A stretch of DNA of 64,000 nt from an uncultured Actinomycetota bacterium (GCA_963750945.1 CAVVSH010000004.1:547678-611677), one strand, 5' to 3'. Numbered from the stretch's first letter, positions 27,891-37,118 are shown. Program-made: numbers and translations. Notes: generated from the letters alone by a model not told the origin.

Positions 27891-29081
27891 ATGTCGGTAC
27901 CATCCCTCCCCATGTCCCGACCGCCTCGCACCGACGCGCCGTCCGATCCGCCGGATGACGCGGCCCACGGGACGGAGGCGCCCGAAGAGCTCAGGCGAAC
28001 ACCGCTGGAGTCGGAGCACCGTCGACTGGGCGCCAAGCTCGCCCCCTTCGCCGGGTGGCAGATGCCGATCGAGTACGAGGGTGCACTCGCGGAGCACCGG
28101 AGCGTCCGTGACCATGTGGGGTTGTTCGATCTCACGCACCTCGGGAAGGTCGAGGTGGTCGGTCCTGGGGCTCTCGGGATGCTGCAACGGCTCGTCACCA
28201 ACGACCTCTCCCGAGCCGGGGTGGGCGATGCCCTCTACAACCTCGTGTTGAACGAAGGTGGCGGTGTGATCGAAGACCTCATCGTCTACCGCCTCGGCGA
28301 GGAGCGCTTCTTCGTGGTGCCGAACGCCTCCAATGCCCCGCGGGTACTCCGGATGCTGGAGGAGGAGGAGGCCGAAGGGCCTCTCCACCTGATGTACCAC
28401 CAGGACTGGTGCTTCCTCGCGGTCCAGGGTCCGGAGTCGACGAAGGTCATGGCGGGCCTGTTCCCGGATGCGACCGAGCTCGCGTTCATGCAGTGCTACG
28501 AAGCCGAGTACCACCGCCGGCCGGTGATCGTGACGCGTTCCGGGTACACGGGCGAGATCGGCTTCGAGCTCTTCACGTACCAGGACGTCGCGGAGGAGCT
28601 CTGGGGCGAACTGCTGGGATCGGTGCGCACGTTCGGCGGCGGACCCTGCGGGCTCGCCGCCAGAGACGTCCTTCGACTCGAGATGGGCTATCCGCTCTAC
28701 GGCCAGGATCTCTTCGAAGCCTCGACGGCGTTGGAGGCGGGTCTCGCATGGGCGGTCGCCCTGGACAAGGGCGAGTTCCGGGGGCGTGCGGCGCTGCTGC
28801 GGCAGCACGAAGAGGAGCTGCCCAGCCGTCTTCGGGGGCTCCGTATGCACGAGCGGCGGCACATCCCGCGCGCCCACTACCCGGTGTTCGTCGGCGATCA
28901 GCTGGTCGGCGAGGTGACGAGCGGCACGTTCTCGCCGGAGCTCGGTACGGGTATCGCGCTCGCCTACCTGTGGCCGGGGGACGTCGTGGAACTGGGCCAC
29001 GAGGTCGAGGTGGACATCAGGGGGCGCCGTGGCGCCGCGACGGTGGTCAGGCCTCCGTTCGTGGAGAGGAGCCCGCGCTAA
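27891..29081 (+). CDS. gcvT: Glycine cleavage system T protein (aminomethyltransferase)
   Basis: RTPLESEHRRLGAKLAPFAGWQMPIEY and downstream GcvT blocks. The start (27891 or 27912) is uncertain and no clear SD is present. Confidence 0.8.
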   Translation: MSVPSLPMSRPPRTDAPSDPPDDAAHGTEAPEELRRTPLESEHRRLGAKLAPFAGWQMPIEYEGALAEHRSVRDHVGLFDLTHLGKVEVVGPGALGMLQRLVTNDLSRAGVGDALYNLVLNEGGGVIEDLIVYRLGEERFFVVPNASNAPRVLRMLEEEEAEGPLHLMYHQDWCFLAVQGPESTKVMAGLFPDATELAFMQCYEAEYHRRPVIVTRSGYTGEIGFELFTYQDVAEELWGELLGSVRTFGGGPCGLAARDVLRLEMGYPLYGQDLFEASTALEAGLAWAVALDKGEFRGRAALLRQHEEELPSRLRGLRMHERRHIPRAHYPVFVGDQLVGEVTSGTFSPELGTGIALAYLWPGDVVELGHEVEVDIRGRRGAATVVRPPFVERSPR

Positions 29082-29785
29082 TCCGTCTGGGCGGCGGAGC
29101 GCGCGACCGCCACGAAGTCACGGATCCCGTCTTCACCGAAGCGGGTCCGGCCGATCAGCTGTTGCAGGAGGCTCCGAGCCCCACGCTCGGCGGGAACCAC
29201 CGCCACGACCACGTAGAGGCCGCTGCTGGGGATCCCCATCTCGCGGACGGGGCCGAATCCCGGGGCGGCGACGAAGTACGCATATCGCGTGGCATGCACC
29301 CCTCGCCGGCAGACCCCGGCCCCTTTCGCCATGAAGTGTCCCGGCGACTGTCGGCGCACGTCGAACGTCGGCCGGCGATCGAGGTAGACGTGATGGGACC
29401 GCTCACGGCAATCCGCGGAGGTGGTGAGGCGCGAGAGGAGCGGGCCGTTCGCCGCCAGGTAGTAGAAGTCCGAGGGGACGCCGACCTGCGTGGCGTCGAC
29501 CCAGGTCGCCGACATCCCCACGGAGTTCCCGTCGATGTCGGGCCAGCCTCCGATCTGGGGCGAGGCCACGAAGCCACCCCGGATCCCGAGGGACGGATCG
29601 GCCAGCGAGGCGTGCCAATGGTCCGGAACGGCCCCCTGGACCTGACCGGCCGTCACCAACGTGAAGGGGGTCGGTGACGCAGAGAGCATCAGCTCCGAGT
29701 GGGGGGCAGGTGCCGACGAGGCGGGGGCGCATGCGCATGCGCTGACGACGGCCACCATCCCGAGGAGGAGTTTTCGCACCCGCAC
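29078..29785 (-). CDS. Hypothetical lipoprotein
   Basis: Signal peptide plus lipobox (MRVRKLLLGMVAVVSACACAP). Last gene of the RR-HK operon. Confidence 0.55.
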   Translation of the reverse strand: MRVRKLLLGMVAVVSACACAPASSAPAPHSELMLSASPTPFTLVTAGQVQGAVPDHWHASLADPSLGIRGGFVASPQIGGWPDIDGNSVGMSATWVDATQVGVPSDFYYLAANGPLLSRLTTSADCRERSHHVYLDRRPTFDVRRQSPGHFMAKGAGVCRRGVHATRYAYFVAAPGFGPVREMGIPSSGLYVVVAVVPAERGARSLLQQLIGRTRFGEDGIRDFVAVARSAAQTD

Positions 29786-29844
29786 CGGTCCTCAGGCTGC
29801 AGGATACTTCCAGACCCTCCGTAGGTCCAACGGGGGATTGCTGC

Positions 29845-31038
29845 TCAGGCAGCGCCGGCCGGGGGAGCCTCGAGCCGTTCGCCGCGGCGGTGAGGGATGC
29901 AGAAGGACGCTCGCGTGCCGCCGCCCGGCAGCGGATCGACCCACATGATCCCGCCGTGCTCGACGACCAGCTGCCGCGCCAGGTGCAGGCCGGTCCCGGC
30001 GCCGGACTTCTCCTTGTGCAGGACCCCTTCCCCCGTGGAGAAGGGCTGTTCGAACGCCCGGGTGGCGACCGCGCGGTCCATGCCCTCGCCTCGGTCCGTC
30101 ACCATCACGGTCACGCCTTCGACGAGATCCCTGGCCACCAGCTCCACGGCACGGCCGAACGGCGAGTATCGGCAGGCGTTGTCCAGCAGCTCGCGGACCA
30201 CCGACCCGAGCCTCGGCCCATCCGCGATGCAGATCAGGCCGTCGGCCACCTCGGCGGCGATAGGGATCCCGGGATAGCGCATCCGTACCTCGTCCAATGC
30301 GTGCCGCACCAGCGGTGCCAGATCCGTTTCCACGAGACTGAGCTCGAACGTGCCGCGCTCCAGCTCGGAGAGAGTGATGAGCTCGTCCACGATCCCCATC
30401 AACTTGTCGAGCGATCCCGTGAGCTGATCGAGGAATTCTGTCTTCTCCTCGTCGGGGACCGCCGGGTTCTTCAGGACGTAGGCGATCCCCTTGGCTACGG
30501 TGACCGGCGTCCGGAGCTCGTGGGAGATGTTGGCGAGGAAGTCGGCCTTCGCCGTCGAGCCCTTCGCGACGTCGTCGCGAACGGCGAGCACCTCGGCCTC
30601 GAGCTCCCGCGAGCGGCTGACCGCTCGCGCGAGCTCGGTGGAGAGCAGCCCGGCCACCTGTCCCGACAGCGTCACCGCGCCGGTGGACGCCGCCCGGATC
30701 GCCCGGATGGAGTCCTCGATCGGATCATCCTTCAGGACGTACCCGGAGGCGCCTGCGGCAAGTACTTCCGTCACCCGCACGGGGTCGCGGACGACCGTGT
30801 GCGCGACGAACCGAGAACTCGGGGAGGACGCGAGGAATCGTTTCACGAGCTCCGCGCCACCCAGCCCCTCGAGGGTCAGCTCGGAGACGATCACGTCTGG
30901 CCGTGAGCGCACAGCGGCCTCGACGCCTCGGAAGGCATCGGTCGTGACCTCGACCTCGAGATCGTGCTCCCGCAGCAGGTGGTACTGGAAGCGGGCGACC
31001 TCGTCGGGCGTGTCGCAGAGCAACACGGTGGTGGGCAT
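29845..31038 (-). CDS. Hybrid sensor histidine kinase with an N-terminal receiver-like domain (Glu at the phospho-acceptor position)
   Basis: REC-like residues 1-120 (VLLCDT...PDVIVSELTLEG...GYVLKD), a HisKA H-box (SHELRTP) and HATPase_c N/G boxes. No TM segments, so it is predicted to be cytoplasmic. Confidence 0.75.
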   Translation of the reverse strand: MPTTVLLCDTPDEVARFQYHLLREHDLEVEVTTDAFRGVEAAVRSRPDVIVSELTLEGLGGAELVKRFLASSPSSRFVAHTVVRDPVRVTEVLAAGASGYVLKDDPIEDSIRAIRAASTGAVTLSGQVAGLLSTELARAVSRSRELEAEVLAVRDDVAKGSTAKADFLANISHELRTPVTVAKGIAYVLKNPAVPDEEKTEFLDQLTGSLDKLMGIVDELITLSELERGTFELSLVETDLAPLVRHALDEVRMRYPGIPIAAEVADGLICIADGPRLGSVVRELLDNACRYSPFGRAVELVARDLVEGVTVMVTDRGEGMDRAVATRAFEQPFSTGEGVLHKEKSGAGTGLHLARQLVVEHGGIMWVDPLPGGGTRASFCIPHRRGERLEAPPAGAA

Positions 31039-31084
31039 CTTCAGGGGGTATCGGCGCTTCGGGGGGGCGGTTGAGGTGGCCCCG

Positions 31085-31741
31085 TCAGTGGACGATGCCC
31101 ATGCGGATGGCGATCGCCACCGCCTGCGCGCGATCCTTTGCCCCGAGCTTCTCGAAGATCCGCTCGAGATGGGTCTTCACCGTGTGGGGCGAGATGCCCA
31201 GATCGCTCGCGACCAGTCTCGTGGTGGCGCCGTCGGCCACCTTCTGGAGGATCTCCCGCTCCCGCTTCGAGAGCGGTGTGGACTTCGAGCCGCCGCTCTC
31301 GGCGAGATGGACCTCCTCGATGAACGTCTTGGTGAGCTGGGGGTGGATGACGGCGTTCCCCTCGACGGCGTTGCGGGCGGCGTCGACGAGCGCATCGGGC
31401 GACGCGTCCTTCAAGAGGTATCCCGAGACGCCCGCCTGGATCGCCTCCGAGATCGCGCCCCGCGACTCGTCGATCGTGATCAGGATGACGCGGGTCTCGG
31501 GGGCCGCCTCGCGGATCCGGCGGGTGGCCTCGATCCCGTCCATCCCGGGCATCCGGACGTCCATGAAGACGACGTCCGGAGAGAGCTCCTTCGCGGCCAC
31601 GATGGCTTCCTCACCGCTCGCCGCCTCGCCGACCACCTCGACGGCGTCGTCGGACATCGCGAGCGCGGTGCGCAGACCCTCCCGAGTGACCGGGTGGTCG
31701 TCCACGATGAGTGCCCGGATCGGAGCCGTCGCCGTCGCCAA
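31085..31741 (-). CDS. LuxR/NarL-family response regulator
   Basis: REC domain (LIVDDHPV...DVVFMDVRMPGMDG...LLKD) plus a C-terminal LuxR HTH (LSKREREILQKVADGATTRLVASDLGISPHTVKTHL). Confidence 0.85.
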   Translation of the reverse strand: MATATAPIRALIVDDHPVTREGLRTALAMSDDAVEVVGEAASGEEAIVAAKELSPDVVFMDVRMPGMDGIEATRRIREAAPETRVILITIDESRGAISEAIQAGVSGYLLKDASPDALVDAARNAVEGNAVIHPQLTKTFIEEVHLAESGGSKSTPLSKREREILQKVADGATTRLVASDLGISPHTVKTHLERIFEKLGAKDRAQAVAIAIRMGIVH

Positions 31742-31827
31742 GGAGCGCTCCCTCTCATGTGCCTTCGAGGTTCAGGGCGGTAGTGTGTGTGGTGCTAAGG
31801 ATAGTTCGGATCTGAAGCGAGGTATGC

Positions 31828-32244
31828 ATGCCTGAGAGCGAAACCGCGATACCGCAAACGCATGAGGTGCCCGCGCCCATGGAACCCGCGCTGGGTGCAT
31901 CTGTGCCCACCACGGGTGCTTCCGTGCCCTCGAACGGAGAGGCGCCGTCTGAGGACGAGGTGCTCGAGGCCCTGAAGAGCGTCATCGATCCGGAGCTGGG
32001 CATCAACATCGTCGATCTCGGGCTGGTCTACGAGGTCGACGTCGCCGACGACGGCGACGTGGACATCCAGTACACGCTCACCACGATGGGCTGCCCGATC
32101 GGCCCGCTCATCGAGGACCAGATGCGGGCGTTCCTCGCCCCCCTCTCCGGCATCGGCGAGGTGAGGCCGGAGATGGTGCTCCGCCCGGCCTGGACCCCCG
32201 AGATGATGTCGGACGAGGCCAAGGCCGCCATGGGGATGTTCTAG
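31828..32244 (+). CDS. DUF59 (MIP18/SufT-like) Fe-S cluster assembly-associated protein
   Basis: Conserved LKSVIDPELGINIVDLGLVY...TLTTMGCPIGP core, with a Pro/Ala/Ser-rich N-terminal extension. Confidence 0.7.
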   Translation: MPESETAIPQTHEVPAPMEPALGASVPTTGASVPSNGEAPSEDEVLEALKSVIDPELGINIVDLGLVYEVDVADDGDVDIQYTLTTMGCPIGPLIEDQMRAFLAPLSGIGEVRPEMVLRPAWTPEMMSDEAKAAMGMF

Positions 32245-32507
32245 GGCGGGAGGCACCCCTTGACGCACGCGCACGGGTGCGGTACTCGTTGCACCTGCGA
32301 TTCCGACCTGAGGGGTGGGATCCGAACGTGGTCCGAACCAGAGCCATGGGCATCGTGGGAGCGATGATCCCGTCGAAGCTGTGCTGTTCGTCGTGCGCGG
32401 GAGCATCGCTGCGCGCGCGGTCGTCGTAGCGAAGGGAACGAGTTCCGGATCAGTTCGAGCGGCCGCGCAAGGCGGTCGCTCACGTGTTTCCAGGGCTTCT
32501 CGAGCGA

Positions 32508-32575
32508 CGAGAGAGCCACAGGGACGAGAGAGCCACAGGGACGAGAGAGCCACAGGGACGAGAGAGCCACAAGGC
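32508..32575 (+). repeat. Four copies of a 17-bp tandem repeat (ACGAGAGAGCCACAGGG) immediately upstream of the rhodanese SD
   Basis: Three perfect copies and one 1-mismatch copy, ending about 10 nt before the AAGGAG SD of the 32592 gene. Confidence 0.8.
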
Positions 32576-32591
32576 AGAAAGGAGTCAAGAG

Positions 32592-33437
32592 ATGGGGGAC
32601 TACGCGAAGCCGGACGTGCTCGTGAGCACGGATTGGCTGGAGGAACACCTCGATGATCCCGCGGTTCGCGTGATCGAGGTGGACGAGGACACGGAGGCCT
32701 ACGAGAAGGGGCACGTCCGTGGCGCGGTGGGGTGGAACTGGACGACCGACCTGCACTCGAAGGTCGGCCGGGACTATCGGGATCAAGCCGGCTTCTCGGA
32801 GTTGTTGTCGGCCGCCGGCGTGGGTCCGGACACGACCGTCGTGGTGTACGGGGGCAACAACAACTGGTTCGCGGCGTACGCGTACTGGCTCCTGAAGCTC
32901 CGCGGTTTCGACAACGTGAAGCTGCTGGACGGCGGGCGCAAGAAGTGGGAGCTGGAGAGTCGCGAGCTCACGCAGGAGGCGCCGTCGTATGACGCGACCG
33001 GGTTCTCGATCTCCGGTGCCGAGCGCCCCGAGATCCGCGCGCTCCGCGACGAGGTGCTCTCGAAGGTGGAGTCGGGGACCGGATTCGTCGACGTCCGCTC
33101 ACCCGAGGAGTTCCGGGGCGAGAAGCTCGCGCCCGACCACTTGCCGCAGGAGCAGGCGCAGGTCCCCGGCCATATCGCGGGAGCCGCGAACATCCCGTGG
33201 GCGAAGGCCGCGAACGAGGACGGAACGTTCAAGTCGGCGGACGAGCTGCGGGCGCTCTACGCGGCCGAGGGGATCACGGGTGAGGGCGAGGTGATCGCGT
33301 ACTGCCGCATCGGGGAGCGCTCCTCACACACCTGGTTCGCCCTCCAGGAGCTGCTCGGGTTCGAGAACGTGAAGAACTACGACGGCTCGTGGACCGAGTA
33401 CGGCTCGCTCGTGGGGGCGCCCGTCGAGCTGGGGTAA
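32592..33437 (+). CDS. Thiosulfate/3-mercaptopyruvate sulfurtransferase (tandem rhodanese domains)
   Basis: The ATG at 32592 has an AAGGAG SD. Two rhodanese domains with the catalytic CRIGERSS loop in the second. The upstream part of the raw ORF (from 32484) covers the tandem repeats and is spurious. Confidence 0.85.
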   Translation: MGDYAKPDVLVSTDWLEEHLDDPAVRVIEVDEDTEAYEKGHVRGAVGWNWTTDLHSKVGRDYRDQAGFSELLSAAGVGPDTTVVVYGGNNNWFAAYAYWLLKLRGFDNVKLLDGGRKKWELESRELTQEAPSYDATGFSISGAERPEIRALRDEVLSKVESGTGFVDVRSPEEFRGEKLAPDHLPQEQAQVPGHIAGAANIPWAKAANEDGTFKSADELRALYAAEGITGEGEVIAYCRIGERSSHTWFALQELLGFENVKNYDGSWTEYGSLVGAPVELG

Positions 33438-33518
33438 CCGGGGGGATCGATACCGGCTGCGAGGCCGAGAGCCTCGGCCGGGATATGCTCCGCGGGTCAT
33501 CGACAGAGGGGATCCTGG

Positions 33519-33815
33519 ATGGGCTGCTTGCTCGCGATCATCGGTGCGCTTTCGCCTCGACTCCTGTTCGTGATCATCTGGATCGCGCGTCCGGCGTACG
33601 TGGACGCCGTGTTCGACACGTTCATCTTCCCCTTGCTCGGAGTGATCTTCCTCCCCTTCGGGACGTTGATGTGGGTGCTCCTCGACGCGCCGCCGTTGGG
33701 GATCCACGGGTGGGACGTGCTTTGGATCACGCTCGCCGTGCTCATGGACCTGAGTCATTACATGACCGTCTACGCCCAGCGCGGGGTCTACTCGGGGAAC
33801 ACGTCGACCGCGTGA
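33519..33815 (+). CDS. Small hypothetical membrane protein (3 predicted TM helices)
   Basis: 98 aa, highly hydrophobic, with codon usage consistent with coding. Lies downstream of the rhodanese and before a strong hairpin. Confidence 0.55.
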   Translation: MGCLLAIIGALSPRLLFVIIWIARPAYVDAVFDTFIFPLLGVIFLPFGTLMWVLLDAPPLGIHGWDVLWITLAVLMDLSHYMTVYAQRGVYSGNTSTA

Positions 33816-33832
33816 CAGATCCATCCCTTGCC

Positions 33833-33858
33833 TGACCCCGCGCTTCGCGCGGGGTCAG
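33833..33858. terminator. Bidirectional hairpin GACCCCGCGC-TTC-GCGCGGGGTC between convergent genes
   Basis: A 10-bp perfect GC stem that overlaps the stop codon of the RDD gene and lies 18 nt after the 33519..33815 gene. Confidence 0.6.
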
Positions 33859-34265
33859 GCGCTGGTCGGGATCCAGTCGTAGGTGACCCGTGAGCCGACG
33901 AGGAGGTCGTGGAGGGCCCGGCTGCGGCGGTCGATGGCACACCACACCAGCCCGACAGGGAATGCCGCGCAGACGACCGCCCGCAGGAGCGCTCGAGGGG
34001 CGTGCAACTTCCCGCCGCTGCGGTCGGTCACGCGGAGACCCATCACCTGCGCACCGATCGTTCGACCGCTGGCGGTCCAGGAGAACGTGAGATACACGAC
34101 GAGGAGGATCCACCAGACTCCGCCCAGGGTGAGCGCGCCCGGATCCGGCCATCGGAACGCCCGGGGCCGCAGGACGAACGCAACCGCTCCGATCCCCAGG
34201 TAGGAGAGCAGGATCGCTCCCACGGTGATCGCGAGATCGATGATCGCGGCAAGGAACCGAGACAC
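33855..34265 (-). CDS. RDD-family membrane protein
   Basis: 136 aa with the R...D...D motif pattern and 3 TM helices typical of PF06271. Confidence 0.7.
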   Translation of the reverse strand: MSRFLAAIIDLAITVGAILLSYLGIGAVAFVLRPRAFRWPDPGALTLGGVWWILLVVYLTFSWTASGRTIGAQVMGLRVTDRSGGKLHAPRALLRAVVCAAFPVGLVWCAIDRRSRALHDLLVGSRVTYDWIPTSA

Positions 34266-34315
34266 GAAACCGGCGGGATGTCCCTGCGCCTCCCGGGCAT
34301 CCGGCGTCGGCAGGA

Positions 34316-35245
34316 TCAGGACTCGTCCTCCGCCGGGTCGATCGGATCGGGAGACCCGTTGGCCCCCCCGTTGCGACGGAGGAGCGCCCGATCGACGACG
34401 CGGGCAACGAAGCGGTCCGCGTGCATGCTCTGGACCCGAACGCCATCGACCGTTTCCGCCGCCATCGTCTCGGTCGACCCTCGGATGATCGCGGGGAGAT
34501 CGAGCGCGTCGATCACGCCCTCGGCGATCGCGACCAGGTCCAGGCGATCCACGATCTTCTGCACGTCGACGCGGGCGGCGACGGCGTCGATGTCCAACCC
34601 ATCGACGATGGCGGTCACGTCCACACGGCCCACGATCTCGTCGAGATCGATGCTCGAGATCACAGCGCGGAGGTCGACCCGTTCGAGGACCAGGTCGGTC
34701 AGATCCAGCCGATCGATCACCGTATCGACCAGTTGCGGCACCACCGCGTCTGCGAACAGGTCCGCCGCACGCACGCTCTCGCTCCGTTCGGCCTGCCAGC
34801 CCTCGTTCCTGCGCGTCGCCATCTCCTCGAGGCGCCGAGCCGCTCCGTCGACCGGCGGGATCATCGCCACGACGGTGAGTGGCCGGATCGCTCGCTCGAG
34901 GCCGGCAGCGATCCGCATGAACCCCCTGCTCGCCTCGAACGCGACGTTGAGAGCGGCGCCGACGACCACCGCGGCGGTGTCCGTGGCCGGCGGTTCCGTC
35001 GCACGTCCCTCGACCGGTCCCTCCTCGTCCGTGCCACGACCGGACGGGATCGAGTCGCCGACGACCCGGAGGATCGCCGATACGATCCCTTCCAGCGCGA
35101 GCGCCGAGAGGCCGACGGCAACGAGGAGTCCACCTTCGAGGACGCCGCGAGACCGATCAGCGGCGACCTCGGCAGTGGTTCGAGTGTCCTCGTCCGCGGA
35201 GGGGAGGGGGTCGATCACGACCACCGCGATCTCGTTCCCCGTCAT
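34316..35245 (-). CDS. Hypothetical Asp-rich protein with about 7 tandem 11-residue (hendecad) repeats
   Basis: The C-terminal half is built from LVDTVIDRLDL / TDLVLERVDLR / AVISSIDLDEI / VGRVDVTAIVD / GLDIDAVAARV / DVQKIVDRLDL / VAIAEGVIDAL. Its composition is coherent, whereas the overlapping plus-strand ORF is Arg-rich junk. No family recognised. Confidence 0.6.
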   Translation of the reverse strand: MTGNEIAVVVIDPLPSADEDTRTTAEVAADRSRGVLEGGLLVAVGLSALALEGIVSAILRVVGDSIPSGRGTDEEGPVEGRATEPPATDTAAVVVGAALNVAFEASRGFMRIAAGLERAIRPLTVVAMIPPVDGAARRLEEMATRRNEGWQAERSESVRAADLFADAVVPQLVDTVIDRLDLTDLVLERVDLRAVISSIDLDEIVGRVDVTAIVDGLDIDAVAARVDVQKIVDRLDLVAIAEGVIDALDLPAIIRGSTETMAAETVDGVRVQSMHADRFVARVVDRALLRRNGGANGSPDPIDPAEDES

Positions 35246-35261
35246 ATGCTCCTCGAGCGAC

Positions 35262-35693
35262 TCATCGCATCGGTGGGGGAGTCATCTCCGGGCGCGGTGC
35301 TCCCTGACCCAACCCCGATGAGGATCCCGTGACCGTGCCGTGCACCGTCAACCCATGGATGATCAGCACGTCCAGGGTGATCACGATGATCGACCATGTC
35401 GGAGATGCCCCGAGGGATGTGAACGACACGACCGCGGACAGCGCCGCGAGGACGATCCCGAGCATCCGTCCTTGCCCGGAGAACAACATGATCGCTGCGC
35501 TTATCTGGACCACTCCGATGATCAACCACGCCCAGCCCCAGAACTGAAGGTTGTCGTATACGGCCGTTCCGCTCGCGAAGTACTCCTTCTTCATGACCGC
35601 CGAGAGTCCCTGGATGCCGTTGAACGCACCGGCGATCCCGAACATCGCGCCAGTGAAGTCGTACCATCCGCGATCACCCGTTCGTTCTGCCAT
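35262..35693 (-). CDS. Small membrane protein, paralog A of an uncharacterised family
   Basis: 143 aa beginning MAERTGDRGWYDF.... A GAGGGGGAG SD lies upstream. Clear similarity to the 38515..38869 product (IAGAFNGIQGL...WGWAWLIIGV...). Confidence 0.7.
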   Translation of the reverse strand: MAERTGDRGWYDFTGAMFGIAGAFNGIQGLSAVMKKEYFASGTAVYDNLQFWGWAWLIIGVVQISAAIMLFSGQGRMLGIVLAALSAVVSFTSLGASPTWSIIVITLDVLIIHGLTVHGTVTGSSSGLGQGAPRPEMTPPPMR

Positions 35694-35807
35694 GAAGCAA
35701 ACTCCCCCTCGGGACCCGTGAGCGTGCGGAGTGGGAGGGTAACCTTTCTTCCCCGAAGTTGCACGGTGACACCACCCCGACCAGAATGACGGCGCGCCAA
35801 CACCCCT

Positions 35808-37118
35808 GTGTCGACATCGACCGATCGCTCGGAGGCTCAGATGAATACTGACGACGCCCCGAACAAGTCGAAGCACCGGCTCCGACGGGTCCTCACACCC
35901 ATCATCGTGGCGCTCGCCATCCTGGTCTTCACCGCGACCGTCCCGGCGGCCTGGACCCGACGGACGGCGCTCAACACGGACCGGTTCGTCGAGCTCGTCG
36001 GCCCCTTGGCCGATGACCCGGCGATCCAGCAGTCGCTGGCCGACAAGGTCACCCAACGGATCATGTCTCTGATCGACGTCGAGGCCTTCGTGACCGATCT
36101 CTTCCCGGAACGCGGGGCCGTCCTCGTGGCTCCGTTGACGAACGCGATCCAGGGATACGTCCACGGCCTCGTCCTGCGGGTGTTCGAGAGCGACGAGTTC
36201 ACCAGGCTCTGGACCGAGACGAACCGGTTCGTCCATACGGAGATGCTCGCGGTGCTCGACGGCGGATCGGAGACGGTCTCCACCGTCGGCGGGAAGGTGG
36301 CTCTGAACCTCATGCCGCTGGTCCAGGCCGTGCTGGATCAGATGGCAGCCTTGGTGCCCGACCTCATCGGCCGCAACATCACGATCCCCGACATCGACGT
36401 TTCCATGGCTCCCAGCGAGGCGGTGTCGCTCCTGGAGTCCGCGTTCGGGATCGATCTTCCCGATAATTTCGGCACCGTCGTCGTGTACGACGCCGACGAG
36501 CTCGCAGCACTCCAGAAGGCGGTGCGGACCTTCGATCGGCTCGTGATCGTCCTCGTGCTCCTCGTCCTCGTCCTCGTCGCACTCGCGCTGTGGCTGTCGC
36601 CGCGCCGGCGTCGGACCCTGCTGCAGCTGATGACGGGGTTCGCCGTGGGGCTGGTGGTCGTGCGGCGGATCGCGATCGCGGCCTCGGATCAAGCGCTGGA
36701 GTCGGCCCGACCGGAGAACCAGGCCGCTGCCCATGCGTTCACCGATCGCGTGCTCGGGAACCTGCTGGTGTACACGGGGTGGCTCCTCGCCGTGGTCCTC
36801 GTGGTCCTCGTGATCGCGTGGCTGACCGGCTCCTATCCGGCGCCGCTCGCCATCCGCCGATGGGTGTCGGACCTCGCCCGATCCATCGGAGGGGCGGTCA
36901 CGGCCGAGCGTCCTCGGTCTCCGGCGGTCGCCTGGACCCAGGCGCACCGGGAACCACTGATGTTCGCCGTGGCCGCGGTCGCGCTGCTGGTGCTCCTGAT
37001 CGCGGATGTGTCCCTGCTCGGCCTGCTCGTGATCCTCGCGGTCGCCGGCATCATCGAGCTCGTGATCGCCCGCGTGGGCGGCGCTGGAGCGGAGCGCGCG
37101 AGCTCCGTGGAGGCGTGA
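35808..37118 (+). CDS. Hypothetical polytopic membrane protein
   Basis: 436 aa with an N-terminal TM, a central Leu/Val TM cluster (LVIVLVLLVLVLVALALWL) and C-terminal TMs. The antisense raw ORF (35262..37763 N-terminal part) is Arg-rich and spurious. Confidence 0.6.
   Translation: MSTSTDRSEAQMNTDDAPNKSKHRLRRVLTPIIVALAILVFTATVPAAWTRRTALNTDRFVELVGPLADDPAIQQSLADKVTQRIMSLIDVEAFVTDLFPERGAVLVAPLTNAIQGYVHGLVLRVFESDEFTRLWTETNRFVHTEMLAVLDGGSETVSTVGGKVALNLMPLVQAVLDQMAALVPDLIGRNITIPDIDVSMAPSEAVSLLESAFGIDLPDNFGTVVVYDADELAALQKAVRTFDRLVIVLVLLVLVLVALALWLSPRRRRTLLQLMTGFAVGLVVVRRIAIAASDQALESARPENQAAAHAFTDRVLGNLLVYTGWLLAVVLVVLVIAWLTGSYPAPLAIRRWVSDLARSIGGAVTAERPRSPAVAWTQAHREPLMFAVAAVALLVLLIADVSLLGLLVILAVAGIIELVIARVGGAGAERASSVEA

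Noticed and set aside
32315-32656. 113-aa ORF spanning the DUF59-rhodanese intergenic region and tandem repeats
   Set aside because: Its translation is dominated by the 17-bp repeat (RESHRDERATGT x3) and Arg/Gly, so it is an artefact of the repeat.
36541-36590. CTCGTCCTCGTC nucleotide periodicity
   Set aside because: It is simply the coding sequence for a Leu/Val-rich transmembrane helix (LVIVLVLLVLVLVALAL) of the 35808..37118 membrane protein.
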